Shown here: positions 1-11,876 of the stretch, in pieces
Numbering within the stretch: the stretch's first letter is position 1
How the letters are laid out: every line of letters starts with the position of its first letter
NCBI GenBank assembly: GCA_905250055.1
Contig: CAJNOF010000018.1
Span: 1,159,575-1,191,354, forward strand
Source of the DNA: Rotaria sp.
Lineage: Eukaryota
Direction of reading: 5' to 3'
Length of the DNA: 31,780 bases
The notes under the pieces: generated by a model
Told to the model about the DNA's origin: nothing
Seen by the model: the letters and a program-made list of their open reading frames with translations, nothing else
The model's database searches: none
Program-made: the position numbers and the translations under genes

Positions 1-214
1 ATTGTCCTCAGACTAAACTATTTCAACATCTTATCAATTTAATTAATTTTGTCAGATTTTCATTTTTAGATTGTTGAAAAATTTTTACAATACTCTTATC
101 TTAGTATATGGTACAAAGAAGGCTCTATTTTTCTGTGGTATTTAGTCATTCATCAACTAATATCATAATAATAAAATTTTGATAAGAGCTGTTTTCACAT
201 GATATGTGACAGTT

Positions 215-540
215 ATACCCAGGTCCACTGTTCCGATCGCTGGAACCGTTTGTTTCCTTTGTTTTCCGGCAGCGGATCCTATAGATTCCGTTGGTTTTCG
301 GTCGGCTCCGTTGACTTCCGACGATTTCTTGACTACAGGATTCCGGTCCAGTTTCCGCCGGAAAAATTCCGTTAAGTTTCGCAAAATTTCGACCAGGAAT
401 TCGTCGGAAATCGACGGGACCGATGGAAACTGATCGGAACTGGTCCGACGAAATCTGGACCGGAATCCTGTAGTAAAGAAATCGTCAGAATTCAACGGAA
501 CCGATCGGTTCCGACGTACCAAGCTTGACCTGGGTACTGC
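215..540. repeat. GC-rich imperfect palindrome (hairpin) built from TTCCG/CGGAA/ACCGG motifs. It is probably a small foldback or MITE-like element.
   Basis: Ends 217-227 ACCCAGGTCC and 527-537 GACCTGGGTAC are reverse complements. Inner arms 312-350 (GACGATTTCTTGACTACAGGATTCCGGTCCAG) and 453-484 are also reverse complements. GC content is far above the flanking sequence. Track ORFs 163-597(-) and 206-433(+) lie inside it and look non-coding. Confidence 0.55.
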
Positions 541-1056
541 TGTCGATTTAAAAAAAAGGTGAGTGGATAGTTTTCGAATAACTTTTGATAGAAACAAGAT
601 GGATAGCTGAAGTTTTCATAAGTCGAAAGAGAAAATAAAGATACATCGAATCGTATATTATAAGGATTTTTGACATGATTTTCTAAAAAAATTTTCACTC
701 TACCTCTTTGAAAACAAGTCTAAACCATGAAATGTTTACAGCGCATTTCCCAGTTTTCACGTGTGTATTCAAACTGTCGATGAAAGATCTACAATAATGC
801 ACAAGGTTCACATGTTTAGAACAAATAATTCAAGAGCTATAGGTATTCTAGTCGAAAGTCGATTTTTTTTTTATTAGGCATTAGTATAATCGTCACATAT
901 CATGGAAAAACAACATGATATTAGTTGAAGAATCATCAAATACCACAAAAAAAAATAGAACATTATTTGTACTATCTCTATATATGAAAAGAAAGTTTCC
1001 TAAAGCTTACTACAAGATATTAAAGTATTACTACCTCTATTTTTAGACTGTTCTAA

Positions 1057-1689
1057 CGAGGGAAGATTACCAACTGTTCAATCGCTTTTTAGTCGGAACT
1101 ATGTGCATCATGTAGGTCCTAATGAGCTATGAATACCCTGAAAAGAGTTCGGGCGGCTAGCTTATTATTGTCGAGATAATGCATTTTTATGGTATTTTTA
1201 ACTAAGCACAATGCCGTAGTCCCCCTCAGGAACCAGAACAACTAAGTTTCGAGTTTTGACTTGAAACTTTGTACAGAAACAGATCTCAGTGAGAGTAGTT
1301 TATTGTGAAAGTTTCAGGCCTTTTGGTTGTTCCTATCCTAAGATACAGCTAAAAAGGGTGTTTTTACACTGCTCGTATACCCTCGACAGGTTCCAATGTG
1401 CTTATTTCAGAATAGGAGCAACCAAAAGATCTGAAACTTTCAAAATAAGCCACTCTCATTGAGGTCTGTTTCTGTGCCAAACTTCAAGTCAAAATTCAAA
1501 ACTCAGTTTTTTTGGTGCTCCTGAGGGGGACCACGGCGTTCTGCTTAACAATATCGTAAAAATGCAGTATCTCGACAGTAATGGGCTAGCCGCCCGAACT
1601 CTTTTCAGGGTATTCATAGCTCATTAGGACCTACATGATGCACATAGTTCTGACTCAAAAGCGATTGAACAGTTGGTGACCTTCCCTCG
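1057..1689. mobile_element. Foldback element: a near-perfect palindrome of about 630 bp with arms of about 310 bp and a short central loop near 1373.
   Basis: 1057-1200 (CGAGGGAAGATTACCAACTGTTCAATCGC...GGGCGGCTAGC) is the reverse complement of 1590-1689 (GCTAGCCGCCCGAACTC...CAGTTGGTGACCTTCCCTCG). Arm complementarity continues inward to about 1370/1385. It sits in the presumed intron upstream of the nuclear-receptor LBD exon. Confidence 0.8.
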
Positions 1690-1724
1690 TAAGTATAACA
1701 TATTTTTTATTATTTATTTATTAG

Positions 1725-2498
1725 TTTCCAACATTAAATCTTTTACGAAAGGATCAATCATTACTAACTAGTAATCAATGGACACTTCTCACAAATTTAT
1801 TTCATTGTTATAAAGAGTCTCAGATTTTACCTTTTAGTCAACGTTTAATAGATACACACGATGTTTTACAATCTAATTATGTGATTTACCAAGCACTTGT
1901 AGATGATTTTTTAGGATCTATTTACAAAACAGTAGAAGCATATCTTTGTTCCAATGATGATTTTCGTAAATTATCATCTAATGATCGTTCCATAATGCTT
2001 CGTAGTGCTGCTGACAATTTATGCTGCATGAGTGGTGCATTCATTATGCATCATTGTCATTTATATGGTCTCGATGCTTTCTTAAACGTTATGAACGTAA
2101 AGTTTGGAAAATCTGCAATGGATATCCATATTTGGGCGAGAAAATTTGTTGATCCAGATATTGTATTGGTTAAATTGTCAATATCATTGTTCGCTTTCTC
2201 TGAAAATACATGTTGTTATTATTCAAATAGTTCGAATGACTTAACAAATCCTATTGATATTTTAGACATTCAAAATAAGTATGCAGAAGTAACATGGAAA
2301 TATCTTCTCTTCAAATATGGTTACCATAACGCTGTGAAAAGATTTCTTAATATAACTCTTTGGCTTGCTTCTATGAATATTATAGCAGTTCATGCTCAAT
2401 CTTTGCCAGTACATGTGAATAATATTGATTCACTTGTTGAACAAACTGAACTGACACTTATATTAGATGATATGGATCAAACAATTGAAACAAAATAA
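1725..2498 (+). CDS. Terminal coding exon for a nuclear hormone receptor ligand-binding domain. It is a partial gene, and no DNA-binding-domain exon was found in 600-1050.
   Basis: The reading frame is open from 1725 to the TAA at 2496-2498, which is followed by TAG. The translation ...NDDFRKLSSNDRSIMLRSAADNLCCMSGAF... fits the NR helix-3/4 signature (PGFxxLxxxDQxxLLKxxxxExxxL). The track ORF 1881-2498 begins at an internal GTG. The 5' acceptor is not resolved and lies somewhere in 1725-1880. Confidence 0.5.
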   Translation, partial: FPTLNLLRKDQSLLTSNQWTLLTNLFHCYKESQILPFSQRLIDTHDVLQSNYVIYQALVDDFLGSIYKTVEAYLCSNDDFRKLSSNDRSIMLRSAADNLCCMSGAFIMHHCHLYGLDAFLNVMNVKFGKSAMDIHIWARKFVDPDIVLVKLSISLFAFSENTCCYYSNSSNDLTNPIDILDIQNKYAEVTWKYLLFKYGYHNAVKRFLNITLWLASMNIIAVHAQSLPVHVNNIDSLVEQTELTLILDDMDQTIETK

Positions 2499-3044
2499 TA
2501 GAAGTCATTTGTTTTTCAGATGTTTAATAGTACTATTATTTTGTTAGTCAGTCATGATTGGAATTCTTATTAATAAAATAAAAACATCTACAAATCACTT
2601 TACAAAGTGATCTAAAACTATATATTTGAAATAAAATTGTTTAGTTGTTTATATTCAGAATTCGTAATCGAAAAAGTATTAATCAATTGCATGGGCATTA
2701 ATTATATTTGATGACTTAACACACTTAATGTGTTGAATTATTTTTTTAAAAGAAAAATATTCGATGATATTGAGGCTTTGTCAATACTAGAAACAGCAAA
2801 AACATGTGAATCTTTCTTTAATAGAAATAATCTGCTGTTGTTTTATTGAAGTTGATAGAAAGATATTCAATATCGGCAAAGAAAAGGAAATTATCAATTT
2901 TTCTTAAAAGATAATAAGATTGATAGAGATTAGTGCAGAGGAAGATTGTAAAATAGAAATTTAAGAAAGTTGATGACTTGGTAAGAATTATTTTTTGAGT
3001 CAAAATATGTTATTATGTGCTAAATTATTATTGTAACGTAAGTC

Positions 3045-3622
3045 TATGGGATGTCCAGTAAGTCATTAGCCAAAGAAAAATTTGAATATCTCAATCGTGC
3101 TTTGATCAAATGAACTGATTCTTTCACCACTGATAGAGGACTATTCCTAGTTCATATGCATAAGAATAACATTGGCAGAAAATATTTCGAAGTATCACTT
3201 TTGAAATCAATAAAAAGATATTGTCCACTTACGGGTTTCGAAAAATGTTATTTACGCTTAGGACAACGTAAAGTTGTAAGACATCTTAGTGTATCTGAGA
3301 GGAATTTAACCAGGTATATTCCTTTATACTTTAAAAAAATTAGTCTACTTTGGCTGGAATCTGCTAAACTTATTTAAATTTATTCTTTGCGATAACTTTT
3401 AGAACACACAATAAATAGGATCTTTTTTGAGAATTCACATAAGATGATATTTCCTTATTGGAGTCAATAGCGATACTTCGGAACAGCTCTTGTCAACATT
3501 ATTCTAATGAATATGGACTAGAAACAGTCCTCTATCAGCGTTAAAAGAATCAGTTCATTTAGTCAAAGCACGGTTGAGATATTCAAATTTTTCTTTGGCT
3601 AATGATTACTGGACACTCTATA
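3045..3622. mobile_element. Non-autonomous element with terminal inverted repeats of about 110 bp and about 350 bp of internal sequence.
   Basis: 3045-3157 (TATGGGATGTCCAGTAAGTCATTAGCCAAAG...) is the reverse complement of 3510-3622 (...CTTTGGCTAATGATTACTGGACACTCTATA). Track ORF 3156-3377 lies inside and has no recognisable homology. Confidence 0.6.
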
Positions 3623-6295
3623 ACATTCATGTCAATTGATCTGGTACTGTCGAAAAAATAATTTGAAATTTTTCAAAATTTCATTTCTAAACTTGAGTTT
3701 CGAATGCAATTCTACAACAATCCAAGAGGCTATACGAGAAATTTTATTCTAATTGGGCTCCTTCGAATAGTGGAATCATTTTACATACGAAACACAGTTC
3801 AAGGTCATAACAATAAACAAGAGGAATTGATTCAGAAAACTATCAGATTCTTGAGTACATGCAAAACCTATATGAATGGTCTTGACTAGATGTTACTTCA
3901 AGAGCCATTTGAATGTACCAAAAATTAGGATTGTCAAAAGCAACACTGGTATTTTTAGAGTTAGTCGTGAAAGAATTTCTTGAAAGATTAATCCTAAATT
4001 TTTATATTTATTTTTCTGTGCTCAACAGGTACAGTAACAAAACTGAAGAGTTAATACTTTAAGAAGTACAACAAGGAGAAAAAAGCACAAATGAAGAAAT
4101 TGCTAAACTGCTATCGAGTTAAATTTATGTATGTTGTGTTTCAGATATGCAAAAATCTATGGCAGTTATCGAAAAAATTTCGAGTCTTGGAAATAGAACT
4201 GAATAGTAAAAAGAATCCTATCATATTTATAAATAAAAATAGCTGAATGCACATCTCTGATTAGAATAGAATAATAACTTTAAATCATCTTAATATTTAA
4301 AACAAGTCAGTTCAAGTTTTATATCATGATCATTGTCCATCATTTATGAAAAATCATTTTTATCTTTCACATGCTTTCTTTCTTTTTTAATGACAAATCC
4401 TCCATTTTTGTATATTTCCTTATTAAAATTTTATCTTTCACATCATAAAATACCGTACACCGTTTCGATATGCAAAATCATGAAACTCTAATATTTCTCT
4501 TTCCTGGAATAAACTAGCATAATATTTAGGCAACATTTCTTTCCATGATTATATGACTATTAAAATGTATGTTTTGAAACTGATTAAATTTGAATGTGTT
4601 TCGAAAAAGATTGAGCATATTAATTGAAAGACGACTCTCGTTCATCTGCTGTATGCATATTTTGTCATAGCCAATGATTAGATCTCAATAATTGTATTCA
4701 TACATGTTGCTGACATTAATTATTCAGATGATTGTGAATTTCATTTCAACTTCTTTAGAAATTCTATTTAACTAATTGTAAAGTTGCTCGCTCTTATCAG
4801 AAGATGTTTCTTCGGTCAAAATTCGAGTATTAATATGGACTCAAATTCGGATCTACATCTCACTAATTTTCATAACAATTGATGTTATATTACATGCTTT
4901 TTTCAATGAGATCTACAGAAGCCGAACACAATTTTGAGATATCAATTTGTAAAACTTTTCTCTATATATTCTATTTCATTATCATCTAATTGATTAACAA
5001 TAGGATGATGAAGAAATGTCTTTCAAAATACTTGAATTTATGACTCGGTCATGACGTTTCATATTGATATGACAGTATATTCAAAAATAAAAAAATCTCC
5101 TGTCAATTGTTGAATACTATGGATCTAATTAAAATTTGAATTTCATTGATCTAATTCTGCTATAACTCAATTTCTCAAATATTTTGAGTTGTGAATCAAT
5201 TCTTATTACAATAGGCAAAGCTGAAGAAAAGATGTTAAATAAAAGCGTCTGTCTTTTGTACATGTTCTAGTTTTAGTGAGAAGAAATATTAAATTTATTT
5301 TAGAACGAAATCATTTTTTTTTGTTTTTTTTGGGTCTTTTGTAAAAATTCAGTAATTTGATAACGAAATAGTATCATAACCTAAAATTTTCAGGCTATAT
5401 TTCTAGACTTTGTCAAATTAAGAAGACACAAATTATTGACTTTTTGTTATGATTACCAAAAATATACGTACAATAGCAGAATAGTGTTTTTTTATAAACC
5501 AATCCAACGTATCAACTCGATTCTTTTGTTACTGGCATTAAGTTATTTAGATATGGTGATAATATATTTTTCAAAAATAATTTTTCGTTTTGGTAATATT
5601 ATCACGATTAATTGTCGTTCATATTCACTCTATTAAGTACTTGGTTGCAGGTGCATTTTTCTGTGACATGTGGGTAAATGAAGATAGGATCTTCCCTTCA
5701 ATCACATTCACTCATCCTCACACTCAATCACATGTAGATCCACACTATTGTGAAAGAAAACCAATGTGATCACATGATTTTGATGATAATATATCACAAA
5801 TCTAAAGAAATAAGATATTTTATTGTTTACAGAAGAAATATGTTTTATTCGTATAAAGATTAATCTAGTATAAGAAAAATAAATCTTAATAAATAAAAGA
5901 AATATAGAACAGATAAGAAGAACTTTAAAGAATGAATAGAAAACAAAAAAAAAAGGAAAATGAAATTTCGATTGTTGTACTATCAAAGCAGGTTCAACTT
6001 TTCCTAGTCTATCTCTTCTTCTTTTCTTTCCAATCGACACTGTTTTTGTTACTTGAGGCGGGTTTGAAATATTTCAAATGAATACTCACATCAACAACGT
6101 ATTTTCATATACAATTCTCAAGTAACAACTTGACTATTTTCGTTTTGATGTTTGACCAATTTTTATTATGGTCCATATTCAAACAACAAATATCAAACGA
6201 TTTTTTGAATGGATTAAAAGCAGTTCAATTTCTGCTTTTACATACATTTAAATTAGCTTGTTTAATCGATTGAAAATCACAAGCTGGTATATAAT

Positions 6296-6756
6296 ATCTT
6301 CTATTATTTTATTTTAATCAATTTAATGTGATATTAATAATTTATTTAAATTTCAAATTTGTGACGTTTTCGCATCTCGATGAAAGAGTTCATCAGACAT
6401 TAAAATTAAGGCAAATGACATGTAAATAAATACAACGAGAATAACAAAAAATTTTCTTTTCTTTAATATGAGTCATACATTTGATAGTGATACGAAAAAG
6501 GACTCAATCTCTATCTACGTAGCTATTATTATTAGTCTTGTTTTCTATATCACTATCAAATGTATGACTAATATCAAAGAAAAGAACAAAAGAAAATTTT
6601 TTGTTATTCTTATTGTATTTATTTACATGTCATTTGTCTTAATTTTAATGTCTGATGAACTCTTTCATCGAGATACGAAAATGTCACAAATTTGAAATTT
6701 AAATAAATTATTAATATCAAATTAAATTGATTAAAATAAAATAAAATAAAAGAAGA
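6296..6756. repeat. Long near-perfect palindrome of about 460 bp, a foldback-type hairpin element.
   Basis: 6300-6455 is the reverse complement of 6585-6750, and the centre 6455-6585 is itself palindromic (AGTCATACATTTGATAGTGATA / TATCACTATCAAATGTATGACT). Track ORFs 6468-6695(+) and 6619-6816(-) are mirror-image artefacts of the palindrome. Confidence 0.75.
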
Positions 6757-8130
6757 GAATAAAATCATGTCAAATACAGTATATAATATCTCTTTGAGGA
6801 ACCATTTGAAATACAAATTATATATTTTTTATTAGTGATTTCGCCGATTGATACGATAAAGTCCATAATGATAAAGATATTGATGATTCTGTAGCAAATA
6901 TTTTTGATTCATTGAGGTATTATCTTATTCCATTGACCAATTATTAAACAATATTTGAAGTTATTGTCAAAAAATTTCATAGAACCTGAGTTTTCCTACA
7001 CGTTCCATCATCTTTGATTTTTTTGTTGGTTGTTTCTAGAGAGTTGTTTATGTTTGGTACATAAAGTTGTATATCTTCATATCAACTTTTATTTATTTTG
7101 CATCATTTATTGTAAAAAAATAATTCAAAAAGTCTAATGTTGATCGATCTTTTTTTTTTGCTTATTGTTCATTTTCCACTTTATAAGTAATGTTAATATT
7201 ATCTAAATGAAGCTGTAGAATTGGACAATTGAAATATTTCAATACCTTTTATAATTTTTTTTTTGAAACATATGTATCATCTATTTGAGTTACTCTTGAA
7301 TAAATTTCGATTTTTATTATTACTATTTAATTTAATGATTTTTAAATATAACAAAAAATCTAATTATTTTAATAGCGGATCATTTAAATAGTTTACTGAC
7401 CACTCAAAATGATAGCCAAAATTATTTGCGTACAAACATTTGTGATTTTCATAACTAGTCTATAAATTTTCATCAATATAATAGCAGAAAATAAGAAGAA
7501 AAAAGTCTTTTAATTTTTCTTTTTTAATGTAATATTTTCAATATTTTTAAATATAAATAAGCTAGTATATATAGTTTTGAATCCTTTTCTCTTGATTGTT
7601 CGGCATAACTTTTGTTGATATTGATCATTCTATATAATAATCGATGTTCAAATTTCGAGACATCATTTAATAAAATTCTTGAATCTGCTTTTAAGTTAAC
7701 TTTTCGTAAGTCTTCCAATAAAATAAATAATTTAATCTTACTGAAGAATTGAGAAAAGATTCTCATGACTCTATTTTTATATGGACATATATATATCTGT
7801 TATTATCTCACTTATCTACTGTTGATAAATAGCTCTTGTAGAAAAAAGTCAAAGGGCGTACTCTCACATGTATGAATACGATGTACAAAACCTATTTTAT
7901 CATAAATGACGTCGACGAAAGAAAACAAAAACTTACATGCGTAAGCATAGGCATGCTTTATATATAATGACATATTGTATAATTGGATTAATATTTTATT
8001 TCTTGATTAATCTACAATAATGACAAAAATACTATTCAAAAAATAAGATATAATGTCGCCTACGTTGTCTTCGTTCTTTTTTTTTTTGTTTTTTAGTTGA
8101 AGTCATGCTCTATCAACCACTTTAATACTG

Positions 8131-8137
8131 TATAAAT
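8131..8137 (+). promoter_or_regulatory. TATA box (TATAAAT) about 70 bp upstream of the ATG of the WAP-like gene. It is conserved in the inverted paralog.
   Basis: CTGTATAAATCTCATCAATTG is conserved as TATATAAATCTCATTAATT on the minus strand of copy 2. Confidence 0.45.
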
Positions 8138-8206
8138 CTCATCAATTGTACAAAACAAATCGTTTTTTTACATAAGACTATTCAAGTTTGATATTATCAA
8201 AGGATC

Positions 8207-8671
8207 ATGAAAAAGTTAATCTTACATTTATTACTAGCTACTTTGACTATTGTTGCTCTATGTGCAGCTCAAGATGATCGAATTAAAATTGACAAACGAC
8301 GTGCTATACCCATAGCAACTCGAACAGTTCCTCCAATTGTCATTGGTTCAAAGACTTTCTGTTTAAGATTCCCATTTTCACCTAGATGCCATCCATGCAA
8401 ATATAGTCAACCAATCAGAAAGGCTATTTGTGGACAAGGACAAAGCAGATGTGAATTATTAGGTGGTACATGTAAATTTAATCAATATGAGAGAGCTTAT
8501 TGTTGTCCATATGAACATCGAGGTTGCTGTCCTTTGGTAATATATTTTCCTATTATTACTGGACGTCCTCCTATATGCCGTTCTCCACAATGTAGAACAG
8601 ATGCGCAATGCAAAAATTATGAAAAATGTTGTGGAATTTGCCGACAATGTGTCAATGCTACACTCGCATAA
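8207..8671 (+). CDS. Secreted cysteine-rich protein (154 aa, single exon) with an N-terminal signal peptide and a C-terminal WAP-like four-disulfide-core motif.
   Basis: Uninterrupted ORF. The N-terminus is hydrophobic (MKKLILHLLLATLTIVALCAA). There are 16 Cys, including CRTDAQCKNYEKCCGICRQC (the C..D..C....KCC..C..C WAP signature) and CC pairs (YCCPY, GCCPL). A paralog lies at 21843-22301(-). Confidence 0.75.
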   Translation: MKKLILHLLLATLTIVALCAAQDDRIKIDKRRAIPIATRTVPPIVIGSKTFCLRFPFSPRCHPCKYSQPIRKAICGQGQSRCELLGGTCKFNQYERAYCCPYEHRGCCPLVIYFPIITGRPPICRSPQCRTDAQCKNYEKCCGICRQCVNATLA

Positions 8672-8733
8672 TTACGAAGAGTAATATTTATTTTGCCGAC
8701 AAATAAGCTTGAAAACTCTTTTTTTGTGTAACA

Positions 8734-8739
8734 AATAAA
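8734..8739 (+). terminator. AATAAA polyadenylation signal about 65 nt after the stop codon of the WAP-like gene.
   Basis: ACAAATAAACTC is conserved in the copy-2 3'UTR (CAAATAAACTTTG on the minus strand). Confidence 0.4.
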
Positions 8740-9142
8740 CTCAATTCAATTATTTTTACTTCGTGTTTCGTTTCACAAAACAGAATTCTTCTTCTTATGT
8801 AACATTTACAGTAATATTAGGATTGGAATCAAGAAAAACAACGAGATTATCATTTTTTTTTATCTATTGAATAGAGCCGTTTTCGTGAGAAATATCTTTG
8901 GAATAAATAATATATTGTAATTTAATGAATGCCTTTTTATGTCACATCCATTAGAAAAAGAATATTATTTTCGGAAGCTATGTTTTAATACATTGTTTAG
9001 TTCGACAAAAATTCGAATAGCTAAGATTACATTACTGTGTATTTGTAATTTGCTTACCCATTGAAAAATAGTTGTTATTCGTGAAACAAGTTTATTACAA
9101 AATGTATATGTAAAGTACAAAGGACATAAGTGTTGCGAATTG

Positions 9143-9700
9143 TATTTTTCTTATTAAAAATTTAGTTTATAAATGAAATAATTTTATGAAGTTAGATAGG
9201 AATAGTGCAAGAATAGACTCTTCCAATATAATTTATAAAGCTTACAATGAAGATACAAAATGTTGATGGAACATTGGATGCTTCATTGGACCGCTTTCTC
9301 TAGCACCTCGTATTATTTTAAGTTTTCTATTTGAATTTTATATCCAATAATGTTCTATATTAACTAAATGGCGCAACAATCAGGACTATAACTAGATCAT
9401 TTGTATACTTTAGAATTATGTTCGTAACTAGAGAACGTGACCTTTCAAGCATGCAGTGATTTTTATATACAAATGTTATTCAAAAATGTATGGAGAAAAA
9501 TACAAATGATATACGAACACATTTCTCTTTCGTTGTAAACTTCTAATTATATTATAAGTATCTATTCTTATAATATTAATATTTATCGTTGTAACATTAT
9601 TTCAATCACAAACTGGATATTTAATATCAAAAATACGATTCACAATATTTTTGTTATCGGTTGATACGTATACATCATTGATATTTCACATAAAATTGTT
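9143..9700. repeat. Downstream flank segment duplicated near 21000-21500. Sub-blocks A and C are in direct orientation and sub-block B is inverted.
   Basis: A: 9143-9222 approximately equals 21020-21100 (direct; TTTATAAATGAAATAATTTTATGAAGTTAGATAGGAATAG vs TTTGTAAATGAAATAATGTTATGAAGATAGATATAAATAG). B: 9236-9375 approximately equals the reverse complement of 21195-21349. C: 9620-9700 approximately equals 21420-21500 (direct; AATATCAAAAATACGATTCACAA vs AATATCAAAAATATAATTTGCAA). Confidence 0.6.
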
Positions 9701-10188
9701 ATATCAATTCAGTTTTTGTTGAGATATGATCAAGTTTTTTCTTTACTTTTATTTCAGATCTTAGTTATTGTCATTGGGCTGATTCAAATACAAATCTTGC
9801 CATGACCATTCTATGTGTTGCATCGAATAAAACGGAGAAGTAGGTAGACATTGAGTAATAAAAAAAACTCACGAGAGAAGATTCACCAGTGATTCGCACT
9901 GTTTGGACTCATCTTTTGCTGACATGTGGAGCTCATCATATAGATCAAATACCTGAAAGAGTTCGTGCCATTGCTGTATAGTTTCAAAGTTATGAGCGAA
10001 GCAGCTGTTATGATGGATGGTGTCACCCAGAGATGGAACCAGTCTACCGGTACTAAACAGAATGCTGATGATACGCCAGTTTATTAGAGAAAATTCGACC
10101 TACCGTCAAAATATCGATCTACAGACAACAGGCTGAGGCTTGAAATGAAACCTTGTTTCATGGTAAACTCTCTTGCGGGCTATCTTCC

Positions 10189-11876
10189 AGAGACCGTCAC
10201 AGGGCAGGACTGCCCTGATGCCCTGCCCTGTTCTTCAGGGCAGGGCAGGGCGAAACTTTTTGCTCTGATTCAAAGAAAGTTTTTAGCAGAGTGTGAATAA
10301 AATTCAGTTTTTTATTAGAAAACTGATTAAAATGGCAAAATTGTCATTGAATTTTAACCTAATTATTTGATGTTCAATCGATTAAACTTTGTGACTAGAT
10401 CAACACTTGTATATTCCATTCAAATTTATTTTTCTAGTACCTTTTTCTCAAGAAGTTTTTATGCCAGAAGGCTTTCTTGCTCAGCTCAAGAAGTGTATGT
10501 GGATCAAAACAAAGTTTAACCGAGAGATCCAATCAAATGTTGCCTGTCGATCTTAAGAGAAGACTTAATTTATCTCTGTTGAAAAATAGCCGCCTTTCGT
10601 ATAATATCCACGATAAATAAACAATCATTTTATTTTATATTAGAAGTTCGTTCACAAGAGCACAACAAAGGCGAAATAGAAGCTAATCTGATTCCTAATT
10701 TTGTTTTCAAAAATTCTGAAATTTCTTTAGATTTATTAATGTCAAACTTGGTTTTTTGAGTAACAGACAATTGTTTTACAATTAAAATCACTTTACTCCG
10801 ATTAAAGAATTTTTTTCAGCAAAAATCTTAGTATTCTGCAATATTTAGTTTCTAAAACGTCTATCAACGATAAAAGGCTAAAGTTCAAATTTAAATTGAT
10901 TGTTTTTGGATTAAAAATCAATTGTAATAGCACTACTTTAATCGGATTTTGTCAGCTAATAGACAGATTTCATTCGATTTAAAATCTTTTTTCATTTATT
11001 ATAATCGATGACTCAAAATACAGCAATTATAAATTATTATTAGAAATCGATTTCAATTGATGAAAGTTATTTCACCCAAAGTATTATTAAAAAATCTTAC
11101 AATAAAATGAAATCTGTCTTTTTGACTGAAAACTCTGGCTAAAGGCAGTCTAAAATAGTGCTATTTTAACTAACGTTTACGTCAGACACAATCGATTTTA
11201 ATCTAATCTTGAACCGTTTTTCTACATGGACAAATAAGTCTCAGAATATGTTTTTAAATGTTTGGTTCTATATGTGAATGCGAGGAAAAAACTTGGCGAT
11301 GAATGGAAGGCCAGTATTGGTAGGGTTACATGAACTTTCGTAATAGAAAACCATCACGTTTTATTTCATGGAAATGAGACATGAGTTTTATTTATTGCTA
11401 TGTTAGTTTATACAATTGAACAAGCAATTATTATCGTATGTTGAAACATGATATGTCAAAGATCGACTTAATATTACACGTACTGTTTGTCTTAGTAAGG
11501 AGTTCAGAAAAAATGAATTTTTTAAGTTTCACTTTCAAAAATACACCATTCAGCCATATCATTATTGAAAACGGTTGAAAATCGAATAATCTGATTCTAA
11601 TAGTAGTATTTTCATTCAATTTTTAAACATAAGAAGTCCATTAAAATGATATGATTTCTGAAGCTCGTACAACAGTACTTCTTTCTGGTACATGATGGTG
11701 TTTAATTACATAATAACTTTGATTGTGGCACTTTCGAAATAACATAAAGTATGAGTATAAAATTCGAAAGCAATCAAATAATTTTTATGAAGATTTTAGA
11801 TCTTATACTATAGGCTTACTTAGCTTAGACACCCTGCCCTGCCCTCAGGGCAAAAAAACTACCCTATGACGGTCTC
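10189..11876. mobile_element. Non-autonomous DNA-transposon-like element of about 1.69 kb with GC-rich TIRs ((A)GAGACCGTCAyAGGG...CAGGGCAGGGCAGGG) and a probable 11-bp target-site duplication.
   Basis: The left end 10189-10255 (AGAGACCGTCACAGGGCAGG...CAGGGCAGGGCAGGGCG) is the reverse complement of the right end 11831-11876 (CACCCTGCCCTGCCCTCAGGG...CCCTATGACGGTCTC). The flanking direct repeats are GGCTATCTTCC (10178-10188) and GGCTACCTTCG (11877-11887). The AT-rich interior has internal inverted repeats (10907-10985 vs 11110-11175) and no ORF. Confidence 0.7.

Larger units (their letters stand above)
7235..8830. repeat. Left arm of a large inverted segmental duplication. It holds the gene unit for the secreted cysteine-rich protein: promoter, CDS and 3'UTR.
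   Basis: The reverse complement of 7235-8830 aligns block by block with 21640-23285, at an estimated 75-85% identity. Blocks checked by eye include 7380-7560 vs 22960-23140, 7740-7860 vs 22650-22780, 7840-7960 vs 22520-22640, 8000-8206 vs 22302-22520, the CDS itself, and the 3'UTR 8672-8830 vs 21640-21842. Confidence 0.8.

Noticed and set aside
163-597. Track ORFs 163-597(-) (144 aa) and 206-433(+) (75 aa)
   Set aside because: They lie entirely within the GC-rich palindromic hairpin. The translations are low-complexity (R/S/F/T-rich), they mirror each other on opposite strands, and they have no start context or homology.
3156-3377. 73-aa ORF inside the TIR element
   Set aside because: No recognisable transposase or other homology, and too short. 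Kept only as a note within the mobile-element feature.
6468-6816. Overlapping ORFs 6468-6695(+) and 6619-6816(-)
   Set aside because: They are mirror-image products of the 460-bp palindrome, with AT-rich low-complexity translations.
7524-7766. 80-aa minus-strand ORF
   Set aside because: It falls in the duplicated upstream flank of the WAP-like gene, and its copy-2 counterpart does not maintain the frame. It is probably non-coding promoter-distal sequence.
8459-8647. Antisense ORFs within the two WAP-like genes (8459-8647(-) and 22108-22311(+))
   Set aside because: They are antisense to clearly better-supported signal-peptide and Cys-rich ORFs.
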